A model generated the notes under the pieces. It had not been told where the DNA came from. It saw only the letters and a list, made by a program, of their open reading frames with translations, and searched no databases. A DNA stretch of 57,130 nucleotides, filler included, from Catajapyx aquilonaris (Eukaryota): the NCBI GenBank assembly GCA_000934665.2. It is 4 parts of 4 records of this genome, joined end to end, with 100 filler letters (N's around TTAATTAATTAA, not from the genome) between each part and the next. Parts side by side here need not be neighbours in the genome. Positions count along the whole stretch, not along the records: positions 42,906 to 57,130 come from JYFJ02007850.1; 3 more parts are not named here. One strand, given 5' to 3'. Positions 56,130 through 57,130 of the stretch are shown in pieces. How positions within the stretch are numbered: the first letter of the stretch is position 1; the number at the start of each line of letters is the position of its first letter. A program made the position numbers and the translations under genes.

Positions 56130-56585
56130 CTCTGAAGATATGGACAATATATTTTACAAATAATAACAGCTATACTTACACGTTCATGCTGTACACTATG
56201 AATATGCCTGGAACAATTTTCCACTCCTAGAAGTCGCACAATTAATTTCCAAAAAGATCGCCATATGAACTCAAAATTAAATTACTGTCGGCCAACTGTT
56301 AGGCTGATTTAATGATGAAATTCGTTAAAATATACGGAATAGCAGCCTTGAGAATAGTGCTATGACAAATCTGCTGAACAGTCGTACTTGCGAGAATAAA
56401 TTTTGGAGTTTTCTGAAGTGAGAGGCAAGCCGCAGTAAGTAAGTATTAATTTAATTTTCACGAAGTACGATGATTTCCGCAGATTTGTTAGGGCACGATT
56501 CTCAAAGTTGTTGTGCCATAAATTTTAACTTATTTCATAATTAAATCAGCCTAACAGTTGGCCAGTAGTAATTTAATTTCGAGTT
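56130..56585. repeat. Foldback repeat of the same family as 18987-20100
   Basis: Shared segments (AAATAACAGCTA, GGCCAACT..TTAGGCTGATTT / AAATCAGCCTAACAGT.GGCCAGTAGT) with an internal inverted repeat. Confidence 0.7.
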
Positions 56586-57130
56586 GTTAGGGGACGTCCA
56601 CATATTACGTAACGGGATTTAGGGGGGGAGGGGGTTTGGGCGAGCGTGACGGTCCGTTACATGGGGGAGGGGGGGGGGGTTGGGTAGCCGTTACGTAACG
56701 CATTTGAACGCACTGTATAAAAATATTCCGAGTGCGACTCAGCGTGGCCCGTGTGGCTGCGTCGCGTCGTTGTCCGCTACTGGTACGAATCGGTAAAAAA
56801 CGTGCGAAAAAAGCTATTTGTGACACTTTTCGTAGGAACTTGACAACCTCACTATTTTTATGCAAGGTATTTATGTGAGTCACATGTTGTACTACTTGTT
56901 GATTCCATACCTATTGCGTGACAATTGTTCCAGGGTCTCAAATTCATAGAAAAATGACATTTTTGTTCTGACTATTTTCTCTTTCATATAAAACATGCCC
57001 ATATTGTAGCTTTAAAAATACGCACCTGTACGCAACGTAGTTCGTTAATTTTTTTCGTTTTTCTTCTGAAATACGGGCGACGCGGTGGCGTAGTGGTTTA
57101 ATATTATAAAGTCCGCCTCCTCCCACCTCT

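Overview
Eukaryotic DNA, from a metazoan invertebrate and probably an arthropod; it is not prokaryotic. The window is four separate ~14.2-kb contigs (1-14202, 14303-28504, 28605-42805, 42906-57130) joined by artificial 100-bp N44-TTAATTAATTAA-N44 linkers, so nothing can be inferred across the joins. Host genes reconstructed by hand from splice sites: the 5' part of MRI1 (2 exons, minus), the 5' part of KAP3/KIFAP3 (8 exons, minus), a complete 4-exon nucleoside hydrolase (321 aa, plus) head-to-head with KAP3, two RasGEF-domain exons of Son of sevenless (minus), and three probable exons of an unidentified gene. Introns and intergenic DNA are packed with transposons. The most notable is a full-length TTAA-flanked piggyBac whose transposase is only complete after splicing out a 751-bp intron (575 aa). 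Also present: an intact DD34D mariner, mariner-derived foldbacks, GAG...CTC Sola-like elements, hAT/Harbinger/Kolobok/pogo-like MITEs, tRNA-derived SINEs (one with a V-domain-like core), a LINE RT remnant and a degenerate LTR gag-protease. No CRISPR, rRNA or intact tRNA gene was seen. All alignments were done by eye.
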